In this document: piece by piece, positions 59,822 to 64,000 of the stretch
How the letters are laid out: the number at the start of each line of letters is the position of its first letter
Position numbering within the stretch: the first letter of the stretch is position 1
NCBI GenBank assembly: GCA_965214055.1
Contig: OZ243931.1
Coordinates: forward strand, 1,169,186 to 1,233,185
Direction: 5' to 3'
From: Candidatus Poriferihabitaceae bacterium
GTDB taxonomy: Bacteria; Pseudomonadota; Gammaproteobacteria; Arenicellales; Poriferihabitantaceae
Length of the DNA: 64,000 bases
Notes under the pieces: generated by a model
The model's database searches: none
The model's input: only the letters and a program-made list of their open reading frames with translations
What the model was told of the DNA's origin: nothing
Made by a program: the position numbers and the translations under genes

Positions 59822-61009
59822 CTACGGTCCCGGTCGGGTGGAGCCGGATTCCCGAATCGTCTCCCGGATGATCCCCCCGGCTTTTTTGATTTGTTCGTCG
59901 GTGATTACCAATGGCGGCAGCAACCGGATTACCGTGGGGCCGGCCGGAAGCACCAGGACCCTTTTTGCGACCAGGGCTTCAATGACCGGTTTGGCTTTTG
60001 ATTTGAGCTCAATCCCGATCATGAGGCCCATCTGGCGGATTTCCCGGATGGGGGCCGGCAGGGGCCGCTGCGCCAGGATATCCCGGAAAAGCTGACCCTT
60101 TCTTCTGGATTCCCCTGCCAGGTCGTGGGTTTCAATATACTGAATGGTTGCCAGCGCCGCGGCACAGGCCAGCGGATTTCCGCCAAAGGTTGAACCGTGT
60201 TTCCCCGCTGCAGGGCCGATGTGGTCCGCACACAGGACCGCGCCCATGGGAACCCCGCCCGCAATCGCTTTGGCCAGGGTCATCATATCCGGAGAAACCC
60301 CGGCATGCTCGCACGCGAACATTTTCCCGGTTCGGGCAAATCCGGTCTGGACTTCATCAATGATCAGCAATATACCGTGGTCCCTGCAAAACCGGCGGAC
60401 CTGTTTGAGATAAGGAATTTCAGCAGGGCGTACGCCGCCTTCACCCTGTACGATTTCCAGCACCACCGCAGCGGTATCCCGGTCCGCGGCCTCCTCGATT
60501 TTCTTCAGGTTGTTAAAGGGAACGAATCGATGTCCCGGGACCAGGGGTTCAAATTCATCCCGCAACCGGAAGGTGGCGCTCAGTGCCCCCAGTGTCCGGC
60601 CATGGAATCCGCGCATGGCGCTGACAAAACCGTGTTTTCCGGTGGTGAGACGTGCAAACTTCAAAGCGGCTTCCATGGCTTCGGTTCCGGAGTTGCATAG
60701 AAATACGCGGTTCAGGCCCCGGGGCGAGAGGGAAACCAGCTTTGCCATCAACTGCCCGCGAATGTCGTTGTAAAAGATTCCCGGACAGGTAATGAGTTTT
60801 TCGGACTGCAGGGCGATGGCCTCGGCGACCGCCTGGTTTCCATGCCCGACACTGGCCACGCCGACGCCGGCGGCACAATCGATGTATTCATGGCCGGAGG
60901 TATCCCAGAGCAAGGCGCCCCGCCCCGCTGCAATGGATACATTTCGCTTCGGGTAGACCTCAAACCCGAACCGGTCTTCCAGCCTGGAGTGGTCAGCAGG
61001 CGAAGTCAT
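59822..61009 (-). CDS. ArgD/LysJ-type class III aminotransferase (acetylornithine / [LysW]-aminoadipate-semialdehyde aminotransferase family)
   Basis: [41 protein letters not shown] and [13 protein letters not shown] are present. The start was trimmed to MTSPADH, giving an ATGA overlap with the upstream kinase gene. Confidence 0.88.
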   Translation of the reverse strand: MTSPADHSRLEDRFGFEVYPKRNVSIAAGRGALLWDTSGHEYIDCAAGVGVASVGHGNQAVAEAIALQSEKLITCPGIFYNDIRGQLMAKLVSLSPRGLNRVFLCNSGTEAMEAALKFARLTTGKHGFVSAMRGFHGRTLGALSATFRLRDEFEPLVPGHRFVPFNNLKKIEEAADRDTAAVVLEIVQGEGGVRPAEIPYLKQVRRFCRDHGILLIIDEVQTGFARTGKMFACEHAGVSPDMMTLAKAIAGGVPMGAVLCADHIGPAAGKHGSTFGGNPLACAAALATIQYIETHDLAGESRRKGQLFRDILAQRPLPAPIREIRQMGLMIGIELKSKAKPVIEALVAKRVLVLPAGPTVIRLLPPLVITDEQIKKAGGIIRETIRESGSTRPGP

Positions 61010-61797
61010 TCGACCTGTGTCCCCCCGCCTGCGAGCCCGGTGCTGACCGGGTTCTTGATTCGGCCATCGCAAATGATCACGCGCCGGACACCGTTTTGCA
61101 CGAGCTTGTTCAGGGCATGTATTTTTCTTTTTATCCTCCCCGTCGCATTGTGTTCCATCCGGGCGAGGTCCGGACCGCTCAGACTGGGAATCAGGGAATC
61201 CGGATCGTTGATGTCTGCCAGCAGGCCCTTCGCCTCGATCAGCTGGATAACGGTCTCAGCATTCAGGGCTTTTTGAAGTTCACAAACAATGTCGTCATTC
61301 TCGGAATTAATGGCAAAGCCATTTTCGTCACAGATGGGAATGGTGATTACGGGGGTGTATCCCCGGGAAATCAGCAGGTCCAGAAGATCGGTGTTGATGG
61401 ACCGCGGTTTTCCCGAAAAATCCCGCTTCAACATTTTTTTGCCGTTTTCCATCACCCGGATTCCCCGATTGCGCCGGCCCTGCACAAGACGTCCATCCAG
61501 GCCCGTAAGCCCCACGGCACTGATGTTGTGAAGGAGGCAAAGTTCCACCAGGCGCTTGTTTCGCAACCCACTGTAGGCCATTAAAATCGCATCCACGGCA
61601 TTTTTGTCAGAAAAAACACTGCTGTACCCGGAAACAGAAGTAATGACTTCCTTGGTAAAACCCATTTTCGAGGCGACCTGGTCACGCAATGCATTGGCAC
61701 CATGGACGATCACAAAGGTTTCTTCCCGTTGAGCCAGGTCCCGGACAATCTCCTCGAGGCGGATACCTGCTCCCCCACCAATTTTTACGATGACCAT
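61006..61797 (-). CDS. ArgB/LysZ-type amino acid kinase ([LysW]-aminoadipate / acetylglutamate kinase family)
   Basis: MVIVKIGGGAG, VIVHGAN, GLRNKRLVELC, GLTGLDGRL and a C-terminal sequence GRIKNPV...GGGTQV closely follow the short LysZ-type architecture (263 aa). Confidence 0.85.
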   Translation of the reverse strand: MVIVKIGGGAGIRLEEIVRDLAQREETFVIVHGANALRDQVASKMGFTKEVITSVSGYSSVFSDKNAVDAILMAYSGLRNKRLVELCLLHNISAVGLTGLDGRLVQGRRNRGIRVMENGKKMLKRDFSGKPRSINTDLLDLLISRGYTPVITIPICDENGFAINSENDDIVCELQKALNAETVIQLIEAKGLLADINDPDSLIPSLSGPDLARMEHNATGRIKRKIHALNKLVQNGVRRVIICDGRIKNPVSTGLAGGGTQVE

Positions 61798-61804
61798 TGG
61801 AAAC

Positions 61805-62452
61805 CTACTTCAGGTCGAAAACACCAATTTTGCGGTTGGCCACCGGCTGCCAGCGGCCATCGGATACGGGGTAAGGCTGTGAACAGATGATCCGGGTATT
61901 CCCGGACCTCGACGCATGAAGCTGAAAGTAATCCGGGTCTTCATTGAAGTGGCAGCAGTAATGAACCTGTTCCCTGTTTGCGAGAATAAAATTGAGGGCC
62001 CGGATGTGGCGCGTCCGTTTGCGGATCACCGCCACACTTTTGGTGATGGCCTCAGCGCGATTACCCCGGTCAAACCGTTTCAGGGTATTGAATACCTTTT
62101 CTGCACCAATGCGGCCCTCCGCCTTGATCCGGACACCGCGCAATTCACCGTTAAACAGAAAAACCGCCTCCCCGTCATAAAAGGGCATATTGTTTTCCAC
62201 GGCGATGCCTTCATTTTTGAAAGCACTGCGGGCATGGGCCATAAACAGCCGGCTCGGCGGAAAGGTTCTGCGGTCCTCCCAAATGGGCTGGATGTTGTGG
62301 TGGAGCCGCCACTGGTCGTTGTCATCAAGCCATGCACATCCCCATCCATGTCCCTGGTATTCCCGGCTGTTTTTTGAGAGCGCCTTGAAGTGGTCGAGAT
62401 GGGGCAGTGGATTGATTCCATCCGGGTTTTCAACCAAAAGAAGTCGGCACAT
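61805..62452 (-). CDS. class II (Ntn, N-terminal Cys) glutamine amidotransferase-like protein, YafJ/EgtC-like
   Basis: The protein starts MCRLLL (Cys2 nucleophile). GHGWGCAW, AHARSAFKNEGIAVENNMPF and FLFNGEL follow the GATase class II pattern. It is 215 aa with no synthase domain attached. Confidence 0.78.
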   Translation of the reverse strand: MCRLLLVENPDGINPLPHLDHFKALSKNSREYQGHGWGCAWLDDNDQWRLHHNIQPIWEDRRTFPPSRLFMAHARSAFKNEGIAVENNMPFYDGEAVFLFNGELRGVRIKAEGRIGAEKVFNTLKRFDRGNRAEAITKSVAVIRKRTRHIRALNFILANREQVHYCCHFNEDPDYFQLHASRSGNTRIICSQPYPVSDGRWQPVANRKIGVFDLK

Positions 62453-62470
62453 GGGGTTCGTATGAAGGCG

Positions 62471-63532
62471 TCAGATCGGGTGTAACCCAGGGAATCCCAA
62501 AGCCGTGTTTTCCTCAAAACCGTGCATGATGTTAAATGCCTGGACAGCCTGCCCCGACGCACCCTTCATTAAATTGTCGATTGCACTGATGACCACCAGA
62601 CGATCATGATGCGGGTCGATTTCAAAGCCGATGTCGCAGTAATTGGTGCCGCTGAGCAGCTTGGGTTCAGGATACCGGAACAGGCCGGTTTTTTCCTTGA
62701 CAATCCGGACAAAGGGTTCCATGGAGTACTCATCCCGATAGATTTTCCAGACATCCTTTTCGGTGAGGGGCTGGTTGAGAAAAACATGACAGGTTGCCAG
62801 AATTCCGCGTACCATCTCAATCGAGGTCGCCGAAAACAGAATTTTGGAATCCTTGCCGAGTTCCTGAAGCATTTCGGCGACATGGCGGTGCCCGGTGGGC
62901 TTGTAGGACCGCACCGCCCCGCTTCGTTCAGGGTGATGGCTGGCATCCGAGGCGCTGTTGCCGCCTTCGCTCGATCCGGCCTTGACTTCAATGACGGACT
63001 GGTCGGCCAGGCCGCGCTTGAAAATGGGTCCCAGGGCAAGCAGGGTTGCCGTGGCATTGCACCCTGCGCCGGTGACGTACTGTGCGTGGCGGATTGCGGA
63101 CCGGTTGATTTCGGGAATCCCGTAAACGAATTCCTTCAAAACCGCTGGCTGGAGGTGGGGGTGGCCGTACCATTTTTCATAGGCTTCGGCATCATTCAGC
63201 CGGAAATCGGCGCTCAGGTCGATGATTCGGGGGGCGAGGGTTTTGAAATAATCGAACCGCTTCATGGCCTGCCCATGTGGAAGGCTGAGGAACAGGACAT
63301 CACACTCACACAGGTCTGAAACCCGGCAAAACCGCAGGGAGGTCACTTTGCGCAGGTTTGGGTGGACCCGACCCACAAGCTTGCCGGAAAACCGTTCCGA
63401 GGTCACCTGGTGGATGTCGACATGGGGGTGGTCCAGGAGGAGGCGGATGAGCTCTCCTCCACCGTACCCGCTGCCGCCGACGATTGACACACGAAGCTTT
63501 CGGGGGGGTGCCGACCCCGGCGAGTGCTTCAC
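62471..63532 (-). CDS. ArgC/LysY-type N-acyl-gamma-glutamyl/aminoadipyl-phosphate reductase
   Basis: VSIVGGSGYGGGELIRLLLDHP and GAGCNATATLLAL (active-site Cys) are present, with a C-terminal sequence DNLMKGASGQAVQ. A GTG start at 63532 is preceded by GGGGG, and an alternative GTG lies at 63550. Confidence 0.87.
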   Translation of the reverse strand: MKHSPGSAPPRKLRVSIVGGSGYGGGELIRLLLDHPHVDIHQVTSERFSGKLVGRVHPNLRKVTSLRFCRVSDLCECDVLFLSLPHGQAMKRFDYFKTLAPRIIDLSADFRLNDAEAYEKWYGHPHLQPAVLKEFVYGIPEINRSAIRHAQYVTGAGCNATATLLALGPIFKRGLADQSVIEVKAGSSEGGNSASDASHHPERSGAVRSYKPTGHRHVAEMLQELGKDSKILFSATSIEMVRGILATCHVFLNQPLTEKDVWKIYRDEYSMEPFVRIVKEKTGLFRYPEPKLLSGTNYCDIGFEIDPHHDRLVVISAIDNLMKGASGQAVQAFNIMHGFEENTALGFPGLHPI

Positions 63533-63542
63533 CCCCGGCAGA

Positions 63543-64000
63543 CTAGTCACGGGTGGCCCGGGAGAGGATGTAATCCACCACCCTGCCGGGGATGTTGACC
63601 CCGGTCGTGTCAATACTGTTTCTGAATTCCATGGTGTAGTTGACCTCGTTCACCAACAGGCCGTCTCCGGATTCGAACAAATCCACCGCCAGCAGTCCGC
63701 CGCCAACGGCCCGGGCGGCTTTGGCACAGATCTCAGCGAGGTCATGGTCCACCGGACAGTTCGTTGCGGTGGCCCCTCGCGCGGTATTGGTAATCCAGTG
63801 GTCAGAACGCCGGTAAATGGCGGCAATGCACTGGTCATCCACCACGAATGCACGGATATCGCGGCCTTTTTTGGCGATGTACTTTTGTATAAAAAATATG
63901 GAATGGTGATAGCTGCCGAGAACCGTCTTGTGCTCAAGAATGGTTTCCGCGGCGTCCCGGTCATTGATTTTTGACAACAGCCGGCCCCAGGATCCCACCG
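63543..64000 (-). CDS. RimK/LysX-type ATP-grasp ligase, C-terminal part (5' end lies right of the window)
   Basis: [47 protein letters not shown]...[29 protein letters not shown] is the LysX/RimK pattern. The frame is open to the window edge. Confidence 0.85.
   Translation of the reverse strand, partial: VGSWGRLLSKINDRDAAETILEHKTVLGSYHHSIFFIQKYIAKKGRDIRAFVVDDQCIAAIYRRSDHWITNTARGATATNCPVDHDLAEICAKAARAVGGGLLAVDLFESGDGLLVNEVNYTMEFRNSIDTTGVNIPGRVVDYILSRATRD

Overview
The window looks like an origin-proximal chromosomal segment of a moderately GC-rich, Gammaproteobacteria-like genome. Supporting context includes dnaA-dnaN-[1 kb spacer]-gyrB, ubiE-ubiJ-ubiB, dsbB, hemB, proS, serA, moaC-moeA and pyrD. 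About 60 protein-coding genes are supported and most are housekeeping. I saw no rRNA, tRNA or CRISPR array. ORF-track starts were trimmed where a conserved N-terminus or operon junction indicated a later start. Six items are not routine. (1) At the right edge there is a tightly packed, partly visible LysX-LysY-[class II amidotransferase-like]-LysZ-LysJ operon. It has the carrier-protein (LysW/AmCP) pathway signature, with an Ntn-type gene where a LysK-type release peptidase would be expected. (2) At 19.2-22.6 kb, between two housekeeping oxidoreductase genes, there is a lower-GC islet. It holds a DUF262/DUF1524 (GmrSD-like) nuclease with a 3' frameshift, plus a NucS-like PD-(D/E)xK protein whose C-terminal half is unrecognised. 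(3) A nine-gene Mrp-like cluster has the order E-F-G-B-C-D-D-x-D and abuts a truncated gene relic. (4) Adenylate kinase carries a roughly 130-aa acidic plus lysine-rich histone-H1-like tail. (5) Two perfect parS palindromes flank a decayed TnpB relic in the dnaN-gyrB gap where recF normally sits, and DnaA-box-like motifs cluster in the dnaA-dnaN spacer. (6) A 2 x 307-bp near-identical tandem duplication lies downstream of pyrD. All functional calls come from reading the translated sequences and motifs by eye. No database search was run.
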